Shown in pieces: positions 28,006 through 37,291 of a stretch of 64,000 nucleotides of DNA; positions within the stretch are counted from its first letter, which is position 1; every line of letters starts with the position of its first letter. The position numbers were made by a program, and so were the translations under genes. The notes under the pieces are model-generated. The model made no database searches and had not been told where the DNA came from. It saw only the letters and a program-made list of their open reading frames with translations. This stretch comes from Patescibacteria group bacterium (GTDB taxonomy: Bacteria; Patescibacteriota; Microgenomatia; UBA8517), in contig DATDRP010000004.1 in assembly GCA_035291665.1 (NCBI GenBank), positions 22,272-86,271 of the forward strand. Direction: 5' to 3'.

Positions 28006-28058
28006 GGAAGTAATTTAATAATCCATCAAAGTGAGGGTTGATGTCAATAAAATTCAAT

Positions 28059-30686
28059 TTATTTCCCGTAATTCCCGAACCAGATGATGTAATCAGCTCC
28101 GTTAACTATGGTATCTCCATTAAAATCTCCTGCTGATGGACCTTGGCTGGTTGATTTTTTATAGTTATTAAACCAGATCAAGTAATCGGCTCCGTTTACT
28201 TTTCCGTCGCCATTTGCATCCCCCGGTTTTGAAGTCGCCGTCGGGGTGGCTGTCGGTATGATCGTCGGTATGGGAGTAGATATTCCGGTTGGGAAGGCCG
28301 TTGGTATAGGTGTGGATGTTGGTACGGGACTTCCGGTGTGGACTGCTTTGATGGCAATATCTTTATTAAGACCGCTTACGGGTATGGACAATGTACCTCC
28401 AGACGAGATTACACTGGTTGTAACTGCACCGGTATAAGTATTCCAGTACTCAATATTATATGTTCCCGCCTGAAGGTTCGGGATAGAAACGGTCGGATTG
28501 ATCGTCCCTGGTGTACCGGTATTTGACCAAATATAATCCCGATGCTGTACCCAAAGATATGCCCGGTAGCGGTCTCCGCTCACCAGTGCAAAGGCGCGGG
28601 TTTTACCTCCGGTATCGTTTTGGACAGAAAGCGTAGTACCGGTGTATCCGGATGGGGTGTCGGCCGCAGTCATGACGGAGGTGAAATTACTGGTTGAAAA
28701 ACTGATATTCTGAAAGAAATTTTTCATTACAAGTTTTTCCTGATTTACTAAATTTGAATATGAGCTGTCGTTTTGATTGTCATACCAGAATATGGGAGTG
28801 GTAGCCATTGGTGAGAACAGTCCGGTCCAGGCTCCATTATGATGTGCCCGGTGGGCACCCTCTCCGGTGGTTCCCTGCGGATTTGGCTGGTTCCATTCCG
28901 TCGTTCCCACACCGATTTCACCCCAGACAAACGGGCGGGGAGCCGATCCGGGTGTCCAATCGGTGCTGTCGCCGATACCCAAACCGTCGCAGTAATATTT
29001 ACCATACTGTCGGCCGTAGAGACACCAGGCAAAACGATGCACGAAGTTGACTTCATCGTTAGTAAGAGCGGAAGAGTAGCGGCTGATCATCATATAATCA
29101 TGGTAATTGGTGAGGTTGAATGCAGGGGAGGACCAGAATGCCGGACTGAATGCCTGAGATCCCTGGGAAGTGGTGCGCATGTGCTGGTAAATATCGGTTT
29201 GCTTCTGATAATCAGCATACTGTTGGAAGAAATTAAATATTGATGTATTTGGAAGAACATGGCCAAGCTCATTATGGTTTTCCCAGGCAAGAATTGATGT
29301 TGCGTATCCCCACCGGGCCACACGGTAACGGAAATTCCGCTGCCAGCTTTTCAGTACCCACGGTTGCGACCAGTCCCAGGAATCAGGCGATTCAGGGTTA
29401 CCCGGCCAGGTAAACCAGGGACCCGAGCAGGAACAAAGCTGGATATAGACACTATTGGTTACTCCTGCGTCGATATACTGATCTTGCAGCCAGCATTCTT
29501 CCGGATTGAAGTAATTACCTAACGGACGGGGTAGCGTTGTATTCGAATTCGGATCGTTATTGACATTATCCTTGGCGAAATGCCGTTCCATATCACCGTC
29601 TGTTACTATCGAATAAAGGATGTTTCCCTGCGCGTCTACCGGTCCGAATTCAACATCATCAACATAACCACTACCTTGGAAGTAGACTACTAGATCCGAT
29701 GAAGGAGTATATGTGCGTTCTGAAAGGGTATAACTGGTGGAGTTGGCGTCGATCTGGGTGCCGGAGATTACGCTTCCCGGAAGCACCCCATTCAGTGACC
29801 TGAGGGATACGGTGACAGTGCCTTTGGTCCAGACTTTTAATTTATGGGAGCGGTTGGGTTCGGTGACAGCTAAACGTTGATACCAGGCTGTTCCGGGTTG
29901 AGCTGCCCTCATACCGGAATGGGTATTAGTATTGATTGTTACTCCGACGGCAGCCCCGTCTGTCGTGGAAGCATTAATCCAGGTTGTATGAGCGCCTTCG
30001 ACCCCCAGTGAAAAATCATTCTGGTCCCAAATCCGGATCAAATTAATTCCGTACTGCTTATCCTGAACAAATCTGCTTTCGTAGTTATCTCCCCAGGGAT
30101 ACCCGCGGGAAAGGGGGACATATGACGAGCCGTTGTCAAACACCATGTACCGGGGATCCTGTGGATTAGGCTTTATAAATCCCGGATTGGAATTGTCGGC
30201 TGTGATGCTGAAAGTTTGGGCAGAGGTTTGGGTCTTACCTTCTTTATCTTCAGCACTGACAGTATAAGAATAAGTTCCGACCTCCGACCAGGTGAACCGT
30301 CCTTTCCACACGGGAAGACCGGACTTACCCATAACATTTCTGCTTCCGACAATGTGCCGGGTGTAATCCTGGTAAAAGAATGCCGGAAGTACAAGCTGTT
30401 TACCGCTGGGTGTAGTGATGTTGATATTAACGGTTACTCCATCCACACCAAACCATGTCATACGCGACGGGTTTGCTGCCTGGGTGTCAGACGGATCGTA
30501 GAAATAATAAGGATTGGGGTACGTTTTGGATAGATTAAATGAGAATTCGATTTTCTGATATTTTTTAACCGATGCTGACGAAGGAGAAACCGTAACAGGT
30601 CCGGTAACCTGCGGGGCGGCTGCCTTTACCGGTACAGAAGAAATAGCAAGAAATAAAAAAATTAGAATAGCTTTTTTATATAGCAT
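28059..30686 (-). CDS. Secreted clan GH-A (GH5-like) glycoside hydrolase with N-terminal Ig/DUF5060-like domain and C-terminal dockerin
   Basis: GINLIRIW, RYRVARWGYATSILAWENHNE (acid/base), NYHDY, FVWGEIG (nucleophile); PT linker; dockerin. Confidence 0.8.
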   Translation of the reverse strand: MLYKKAILIFLFLAISSVPVKAAAPQVTGPVTVSPSSASVKKYQKIEFSFNLSKTYPNPYYFYDPSDTQAANPSRMTWFGVDGVTVNINITTPSGKQLVLPAFFYQDYTRHIVGSRNVMGKSGLPVWKGRFTWSEVGTYSYTVSAEDKEGKTQTSAQTFSITADNSNPGFIKPNPQDPRYMVFDNGSSYVPLSRGYPWGDNYESRFVQDKQYGINLIRIWDQNDFSLGVEGAHTTWINASTTDGAAVGVTINTNTHSGMRAAQPGTAWYQRLAVTEPNRSHKLKVWTKGTVTVSLRSLNGVLPGSVISGTQIDANSTSYTLSERTYTPSSDLVVYFQGSGYVDDVEFGPVDAQGNILYSIVTDGDMERHFAKDNVNNDPNSNTTLPRPLGNYFNPEECWLQDQYIDAGVTNSVYIQLCSCSGPWFTWPGNPESPDSWDWSQPWVLKSWQRNFRYRVARWGYATSILAWENHNELGHVLPNTSIFNFFQQYADYQKQTDIYQHMRTTSQGSQAFSPAFWSSPAFNLTNYHDYMMISRYSSALTNDEVNFVHRFAWCLYGRQYGKYYCDGLGIGDSTDWTPGSAPRPFVWGEIGVGTTEWNQPNPQGTTGEGAHRAHHNGAWTGLFSPMATTPIFWYDNQNDSSYSNLVNQEKLVMKNFFQNISFSTSNFTSVMTAADTPSGYTGTTLSVQNDTGGKTRAFALVSGDRYRAYLWVQHRDYIWSNTGTPGTINPTVSIPNLQAGTYNIEYWNTYTGAVTTSVISSGGTLSIPVSGLNKDIAIKAVHTGSPVPTSTPIPTAFPTGISTPIPTIIPTATPTATSKPGDANGDGKVNGADYLIWFNNYKKSTSQGPSAGDFNGDTIVNGADYIIWFGNYGK

Positions 30687-30696
30687 TTATTTTGAT

Positions 30697-33342
30697 TTAT
30701 TTTATAGTAATTTGACTCGGATCGGTGGCGAATATCACCGGATCACCTTGGAAAAATTCCACTTTACCTTCAACCCAAATTGATTGGTGAAGCTGGTAGT
30801 CTTTTTCTATATTTGGGAAGTTGCTTAATTGTTCAACCGGGATTAAAACCTGTAACAACTGACTGTGAGGCTCATCGCAACTAAGGTAATAGTAACGGCT
30901 GCTTTTATGAATATATTTTATTTCGCAAGATGTTTTTATGTTTTGGAATTCGTATCCGATTGCGTAAAAGTAGGCAATAGATTGTGGTGGTCCTGATTCG
31001 ATATCAGCACCCAGCTGAATATTGGAAATCCCTGCAACCTCCGGAGATGATATTGTATTTGTATCAGCTTGAGTTCCTACATCTTTCAGAACAAAAATGG
31101 TGTTATTTATACTTTTGACTATAATATATTTTCCGCTTACCAGAACATATGGATTGATTGTCCAACCCCGCCCGTCAGCGTAAAATCCGTCGGGATAGCT
31201 ACGGTTACCACCTTCTGCACAGAGGTTAGTACACCAATGTGTAGTAGTGTTACAATTGCCGCACTGCTCCGCTGAAACGAATGGAGTATAAGAACCATTA
31301 ATAGGGTTTGTAAAAGTGGCACCGCGACTGTCACTTCTGTCAGTGATTTTCAGCCCTTCCAGTACAGCCAACCAGTGTGAGTGAAAAACCATATCACTGG
31401 AACCGGAAACCATACCCTGTTCATCCGTTTGGATATCAATAAACTTAACAAATCGAGCATCACCTCCGGTATATCCGGTGACAGTAGAATTATCCAAGAC
31501 CATTTCACCCATGGTGGCATCCTCACGGTAATCACACCAACCGCTGGCACAGGTTTGACCATTGCTATAGATTATGTACGCCACCTGCTTACCATTAGAA
31601 AGAGTACGGACAGCTGGTTGGGGACCGGAATAAAGCCAACCATTACCAAAAGCTCCAAATTTAATGGCTGGGGTAAACATTCGGGCACCTGTGTCCAAAC
31701 TCAAAGCGAAGAGGGTTTGATAATTAGGATTCGCATCAAGGGTTTGTTTAATACCGGCGTTTGTGGTCGGCATGGGAGAAGCAAAATACATTGCATTGTA
31801 ACCATGGCGCATTCGCATGAGTACAATTCCTGTATTGTCAGCGATGACAGGCCAGTTATGTCGGAATTCGTAACAGGCGCTACCTTCTCCGTCCGAGCCA
31901 CAATACCAATTGTTTGTTGTTGGTTTTACATTCCATCGGAGGGTACTACTACTATTGTTGATCGCTCTGACTCGTAAATCCGGATCAGTTGCATAAACAA
32001 TCACATCATACCGGGCGGAATATGAAGGCATGGTAACTTGATTAATACCTGAACCGGGGTTATACGGCCACCCGCCACCCGGAGAACTAAGGTTCGCTGT
32101 AGAAAGTTTATGTAATTTTCCATCATTGGCGGTAAAATAAACATAGTTTCCAGCAATTAACGGGGAAGTGGTTAAACTTGCTCCGGCATTAAAACTATTG
32201 AGCGTTGTACCGTTTGATCCGTTTAATTTGTATAATGTATTTCCAGATGCAACAAAAACTGCATCTGTACCCGAATCATATGCTGCCGAACTGTTAAGAC
32301 CTCCAAGACTTTTTGTCCAAATATTTGATCCATTGGTAAGATTCAGTGCGTACAAAGTTCCGTTTCCAGCCGGTACATATACTCGATTATTTCCGACAGT
32401 CGGGTAGACTTGATACTCAGAAACGGAATCTACATCGCTTCTCATCCATTGGTAAGCCCAACTATTTGAAAGGTCAACGGTATTCCATCCGGTTCTCTGA
32501 GCGTTAAAAGCGTGTTGGCTCCATTCGGTGGTGGGATTACTTGGCATCAGAGTCGGGGTTGGACCACTTGGTGTGGGGGTTGGCTGTTGGACTGTCGGAG
32601 TCGGAGGGACAGGTGTATTGGTTGCATTGGGAACAGGCGTATTTGTCGGATTGGGTGTGGGATTGGGTCCTGATGTATTTATGGTAATTCTATCAATGTC
32701 GGGTGCATACCCTGTATTATTAAGGAACCTTATAGTGTTATTTCCGGATGCAAGACTTACCGATATAGCTTTTGATGCAACTGTTGTCCAGCTTCCTGAA
32801 TTGGCGAATGAGTACAAAGCTGCAGCACTGCCGTTTATGCTTATTGACACATCCCGGTTGGGATCGCCGCTAATATAATATACAGTCATCGTGTAGGCAG
32901 CTTGTGAAAGAGAACTAATATTATTAAATTGAAGGTAATTCCCCGAACCTCCACCTATCCAGCCTACAATTTGTCCGCCTGAACATGTTGTACAGCTTCT
33001 TGCAGCAACAGCTCCCGCAAATGTATTTGAAGTTGATTCCGCTTCATATGAGGCAGTTCCTCCACCTATCGGAGTTGGAGTGGGGCCAACCTTACCGTAA
33101 TTATTAAACCAGATGAGGTAATCGGCTCCGTTCACTATGGTGTCACCATTAAAATCACCGGCTGATGCTCCCTGACTGGTTGACTTTTTATAATTGTTAA
33201 ACCAGACAATATAGTCGGCTCCATTTACTTTCCCGTCACCATTAGCATCTCCGGGAAGCGGTGATTGAGCTGCAGCATAATTGGAGCATGTTAAAAATAT
33301 TAAGGAAAATACCAATACAATCTTAAAATAAAGATTTCTCAT
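30697..33342 (-). CDS. Secreted protein: N-terminal dockerin, CBM35/CBM6-like module, PQQ-like beta-propeller, C-terminal OB-fold-like domain
   Basis: YEAES...SLASGNNTIRF...APDIDRI; EWSQHAFNAQRTG, LYALNLTNGSNIW; C-terminal VEGKVEFFQGDPVIFATDPSQI. Confidence 0.8.
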   Translation of the reverse strand: MRNLYFKIVLVFSLIFLTCSNYAAAQSPLPGDANGDGKVNGADYIVWFNNYKKSTSQGASAGDFNGDTIVNGADYLIWFNNYGKVGPTPTPIGGGTASYEAESTSNTFAGAVAARSCTTCSGGQIVGWIGGGSGNYLQFNNISSLSQAAYTMTVYYISGDPNRDVSISINGSAAALYSFANSGSWTTVASKAISVSLASGNNTIRFLNNTGYAPDIDRITINTSGPNPTPNPTNTPVPNATNTPVPPTPTVQQPTPTPSGPTPTLMPSNPTTEWSQHAFNAQRTGWNTVDLSNSWAYQWMRSDVDSVSEYQVYPTVGNNRVYVPAGNGTLYALNLTNGSNIWTKSLGGLNSSAAYDSGTDAVFVASGNTLYKLNGSNGTTLNSFNAGASLTTSPLIAGNYVYFTANDGKLHKLSTANLSSPGGGWPYNPGSGINQVTMPSYSARYDVIVYATDPDLRVRAINNSSSTLRWNVKPTTNNWYCGSDGEGSACYEFRHNWPVIADNTGIVLMRMRHGYNAMYFASPMPTTNAGIKQTLDANPNYQTLFALSLDTGARMFTPAIKFGAFGNGWLYSGPQPAVRTLSNGKQVAYIIYSNGQTCASGWCDYREDATMGEMVLDNSTVTGYTGGDARFVKFIDIQTDEQGMVSGSSDMVFHSHWLAVLEGLKITDRSDSRGATFTNPINGSYTPFVSAEQCGNCNTTTHWCTNLCAEGGNRSYPDGFYADGRGWTINPYVLVSGKYIIVKSINNTIFVLKDVGTQADTNTISSPEVAGISNIQLGADIESGPPQSIAYFYAIGYEFQNIKTSCEIKYIHKSSRYYYLSCDEPHSQLLQVLIPVEQLSNFPNIEKDYQLHQSIWVEGKVEFFQGDPVIFATDPSQITIK

Positions 33343-33466
33343 ACTATGTACGGAAGTTTAATATACTTCTTAAGTCTATCTTACGAAGAATTTAATTATC
33401 AAGGACTAATTTGTAATTGGCCACAGAAGCCTGATATAAGAGTATATAAATAGTATTGGAAAGTTA

Positions 33467-34699
33467 TTATTTGTTGTAGTTACTAAACCATACAATATAG
33501 TCAGCTCCGTTAACTATGGTATCTCTATTAAAATCTCCTGCTGATGGACCTTGACTGGTTGATTTTTTATAATTTGCAAACCAGATCAAATAATCCGCTC
33601 CGTTAACTTTCCCGTCACCATTTGCATCTCCGGGTTTGGAAGTCGCCGTTGGGGTGGCTGTCGGTATGATTGTCGGTGTGGGAGTAGGAGTATTGATAAC
33701 TCCGGATGTCGGAGTCGGGGAGGGGGGGCGCACTGTTGGTGTGGGAGACGGATTAACAGAAATTCCCGCGTTGGTCAGAATTTCCGTATCAGAAAAGAGT
33801 GTAAACGTTTGTGCGTATTTGCTGTTCATTGGTTCCATGAAGAGCTTATTTGAAAGCATGCCGTTAAGAACCGTACCCATATGACTGTCACTCATTACAG
33901 CGTTGTGAGGTTCATTATTGAATGAAGTAAGGCTTATTGTTTCGCCGGCAATCGTAAAACTGGTTCCGGCAAGTTGTGTACTTGCCCATTTATTAAAATC
34001 AAATAACGCGAGATTCCGTTGGGAAGCAATTGTTGCTATTCCCTGATTGACTGTATTAATAGCCTGGGTGGCACGTTGGCGTCCGGTTGCATTTGGGTAA
34101 AGCGATTGGATAAGCAAAAACTGCCCGGGATCACCGATGTTGGCAATTATTATTGGTATGTTTTTGGTGTTCAGGATTGTATCAACAGCGGTAGTAATAT
34201 TTGCAAGAATTCCGTTTATTTTTGATTGAATTTGGGCATCAGTCATTGTGCCGTTGTAAATTGGATCGTACGTGGCAACAGCAGGGTTAGGACTGAAATC
34301 ATTTGTTCCGATCCAAATTACTGCATGGGTAACCAATCCTTGTTGTACTTGTGAAGCCAAACCTGTATGTTGTCCCGAAGTAATCATGGATGACGCGTTA
34401 GCGGCAGTTCTTGCCCAATTGTATGCATACCCGCACCGTCTTGGTTCCGAACGGCATCCCCAAGCTCCCGCATTAACACCCCGGTATTTCACCAAAAGCT
34501 CTAACCAATTATAAGTTGTTGCACTATAGCTTCCACCCCGGTTATCATCAGCCCTGTATTCATCGGTATTGCTATCACCCAATATACCCAGCCCGGTAAT
34601 CGGCGCCCCTAATACTTTACCTGTAAAAAAGAGCTGGAAAATGAGTACCAGTAAGAAAATTTTAATTTTTGAGTTTTTCAATTTCAATTTAAGGTTCAT
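33467..34699 (-). CDS. Secreted SGNH/GDSL esterase with C-terminal dockerin
   Basis: LGDSNTD (block I Ser), WIGTND (block III), DSH (block V); PT linker; dockerin. Confidence 0.85.
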   Translation of the reverse strand: MNLKLKLKNSKIKIFLLVLIFQLFFTGKVLGAPITGLGILGDSNTDEYRADDNRGGSYSATTYNWLELLVKYRGVNAGAWGCRSEPRRCGYAYNWARTAANASSMITSGQHTGLASQVQQGLVTHAVIWIGTNDFSPNPAVATYDPIYNGTMTDAQIQSKINGILANITTAVDTILNTKNIPIIIANIGDPGQFLLIQSLYPNATGRQRATQAINTVNQGIATIASQRNLALFDFNKWASTQLAGTSFTIAGETISLTSFNNEPHNAVMSDSHMGTVLNGMLSNKLFMEPMNSKYAQTFTLFSDTEILTNAGISVNPSPTPTVRPPSPTPTSGVINTPTPTPTIIPTATPTATSKPGDANGDGKVNGADYLIWFANYKKSTSQGPSAGDFNRDTIVNGADYIVWFSNYNK

Positions 34700-34855
34700 A
34701 TAATTTTCCGCTTAGTAATTTCTTGGTTATTGCTATTATTTATATTACCCTGTTATGGAATATTTTTAAACTGTCTTTAAAAAACCCTTCCTGGGCGGTG
34801 AGTATTTCATAAGTAAAGAGAGCGGCCTTTGAAAACCATAGATATTAAAGTTGGA

Positions 34856-37168
34856 TCATTCGACTATTTCTAACTGCCTTGGATCAGTCAGTATGATTTC
34901 CGGGTCAACGTTTTCGGGCCAATAAAGAGTTATTTTACCTGTTACCTGGACATTTTTACCCTTTAACGTCATTGGATCAAAAGTAAATTTTGACAGGTCT
35001 TGTGCAAAAATCCGAAGCAACAAATATCCGTCATGCGGATCAGTAAATCCAAGGTAAATCGCTTTCGGTAGATTATCTTTCGCTGAAACGATGCGTCCGG
35101 TTATGGTTACAACTTTATTAATATAGTTATCTGCTTCGTCATAAGTTATAACCGGGATTCCAGAATCGCTATTTTGTACTCCCAGGACTGTTTGATCTGA
35201 ACCAGTATCTGTTATCAGATTTTCGCTATCGGCATTTGCTGTTGGGCTGCCGTTTTCAAAAACCATTAAAGCGCCGTCGTTGGTTTTAAGAAGAACCTGA
35301 TTTGCGGATACGATTGTATACGGGCTAGAACCCCCATTTCTGTCGTTCATATACTCGTAAAAACCCGGAGGGTATGATCTTGTATCGCCATATGAATAAA
35401 GACCTTGCGAACAATATCTTGATGATGATAACGTGCAGCTGCTTTGACATACGGGAGGATTCGAGCAGCCCGGGTAATCGCAAGGAGACGTACAGCCGGC
35501 AACCCCGCCGGGACAGGTACATTGTCTCCAGATAACAAACGGTACATTTTCACTTGCAATTGGATTTGTAAATGTTAAACCCAAGTTTGAACTTCTATTC
35601 GTGATTCTAGCTGCAGCGTTAATCAACCAATGTCCATGAAAAATAATATCTTTAGACATCGTCAAATTCATCATCTCGTCGGTTTGGGTGTCCTGATATT
35701 TGATAAACCGTACATCTCCTGCCTGGTAACCGGAAACGGAGCTCGCATCCAAAACCATTTCACCCATTGTTGCATCCTCCCGGCCGTCGCACCATTGTCC
35801 GCTCGGCGGCGGGCAATTGCCGGGCGTAGAACAGCCTCCGCAGGTTAAAGCATTCCGCCAGATGATATAAACTACTTCTTTCCCGTCGCTCGTGATTGCA
35901 ACTACCGGCTTCGGGCCTAGCGATAAACTGCCTCCATCACCCGAGCCTCCGTTGCCAACTGCAGGCGGTACGTACGATGTTGCATCGCTCCAGCTTGTTG
36001 TTTTGCCTGAAACTGGCCATGCCGGAAGCCCGCTATCCAGATTTATGGCAAATAATGCTTGATCACCGGGTTTACCCTGAAGGTAACTTTTAATCTCACT
36101 ATTAGTATTGGGAAACATCTTATCCGTCCAAGTTGTCCATGGCAAGCGATACCGGACAAAGACTATGCCGTGGTTTTCAGCCACCACAGGCCAACTGTTG
36201 TTAAATTCTATTGATCCGGCAGAGTAAGTATTGATGGTAGGTTTAACTTTCCAAACCTGCGCCCCTGTTACTGCATTCACAGCATGTACATACAAATCCT
36301 GTGAATTGGCAATCAACAAATTCCGAGATGTTGAATAAGCTGGAGCGGTTACCAAAGTGTTGCCGGAATTATATGACCATACTTGCGTCATGTTGTCGGT
36401 ATTTACGGAAATTAAATTGGTAACAGCGGATAAATAAATTCTGTTATTAACAAGAAGGGGAGCGTAATTCAAAGCCTTCCCTGAGTTGAAAGTTCCGGTG
36501 ATTGCCCCGGTCGAGGCGTTGATTTTGTATAAATTGCCATTTGTTGAGGCAACATAAAGAAGCTCATTATTATAAACCGGCGAGGAATTCAGAGCTCCAA
36601 GTGCTGTATTCGACCACATAACGTTTCCGTTCGTTTTGTTCAAAGCATAAACTCCACCTTCTGAAACCATATAAATTCTACTTCCGCCGGTTATCGGTTG
36701 GACCAATCCCGGGACGCTCAAATGTCCTGTCTGAGTTTTTGCATCACTACCAGACCCGTTCCATTGCCAAATATGTTTCCAAGGTAAAGCTACAGTTTGG
36801 GTGGTAAAATTTGTCCTTTGTACGTCGTGTCCGAATTGAGTCCACTCACTTATTGTTGCCGGAACCGGAGTAGGTGTTGGTCCGGATGGTGTTGGAGTGG
36901 GCGAGATCCGTCCGTAATTATTAAACCAGATGAGGTAATCGGCTCCGTTTACCATGGTATCCCCATTAAAATCACCGGCTAGTGCGCCCTGACTAGTCGA
37001 CTTTTTATAGTTATTAAACCAGACCAAATAATCAGCTCCGTTTACTTTCCCGTCACCATTTGCATCTCCGGGTAGGGAAGATTGAGCTAATGCATAATTG
37101 GAACACGAAAGTAATAGTATTGAGGATATCAGTATCGTTTTAAGATGTAGATTACTAATCTTTTTCAT
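34856..37168 (-). CDS. Secreted protein: N-terminal dockerin, PQQ-like beta-propeller, C-terminal OB-fold-like domain (paralog of 30697-33342)
   Basis: EWTQFGHDVQRTN, VYALNKTNGNVMW; shared WCDxREDATMGEMVLD and QTDE; C-terminal GKNVQVTGKITLY...PEIILTDPRQL. Confidence 0.8.
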   Translation of the reverse strand: MKKISNLHLKTILISSILLLSCSNYALAQSSLPGDANGDGKVNGADYLVWFNNYKKSTSQGALAGDFNGDTMVNGADYLIWFNNYGRISPTPTPSGPTPTPVPATISEWTQFGHDVQRTNFTTQTVALPWKHIWQWNGSGSDAKTQTGHLSVPGLVQPITGGSRIYMVSEGGVYALNKTNGNVMWSNTALGALNSSPVYNNELLYVASTNGNLYKINASTGAITGTFNSGKALNYAPLLVNNRIYLSAVTNLISVNTDNMTQVWSYNSGNTLVTAPAYSTSRNLLIANSQDLYVHAVNAVTGAQVWKVKPTINTYSAGSIEFNNSWPVVAENHGIVFVRYRLPWTTWTDKMFPNTNSEIKSYLQGKPGDQALFAINLDSGLPAWPVSGKTTSWSDATSYVPPAVGNGGSGDGGSLSLGPKPVVAITSDGKEVVYIIWRNALTCGGCSTPGNCPPPSGQWCDGREDATMGEMVLDASSVSGYQAGDVRFIKYQDTQTDEMMNLTMSKDIIFHGHWLINAAARITNRSSNLGLTFTNPIASENVPFVIWRQCTCPGGVAGCTSPCDYPGCSNPPVCQSSCTLSSSRYCSQGLYSYGDTRSYPPGFYEYMNDRNGGSSPYTIVSANQVLLKTNDGALMVFENGSPTANADSENLITDTGSDQTVLGVQNSDSGIPVITYDEADNYINKVVTITGRIVSAKDNLPKAIYLGFTDPHDGYLLLRIFAQDLSKFTFDPMTLKGKNVQVTGKITLYWPENVDPEIILTDPRQLEIVE

Positions 37169-37291
37169 ACTATATACGGAAGTTTTGTATAATTGTTAAG
37201 TCTATCTTACGAAGAATTTGATTATCAAGGACTAATTTGAGTTTAGCCACCAGCAAACGATATACATATATATAGTAGTATGGTAAAGGTA

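Noticed and set aside
28246-33884. Plus-strand Val/Gly-rich ORFs and other short antisense ORFs
   Set aside because: They are shadows of the Pro/Thr linkers and of real genes on the opposite strand.
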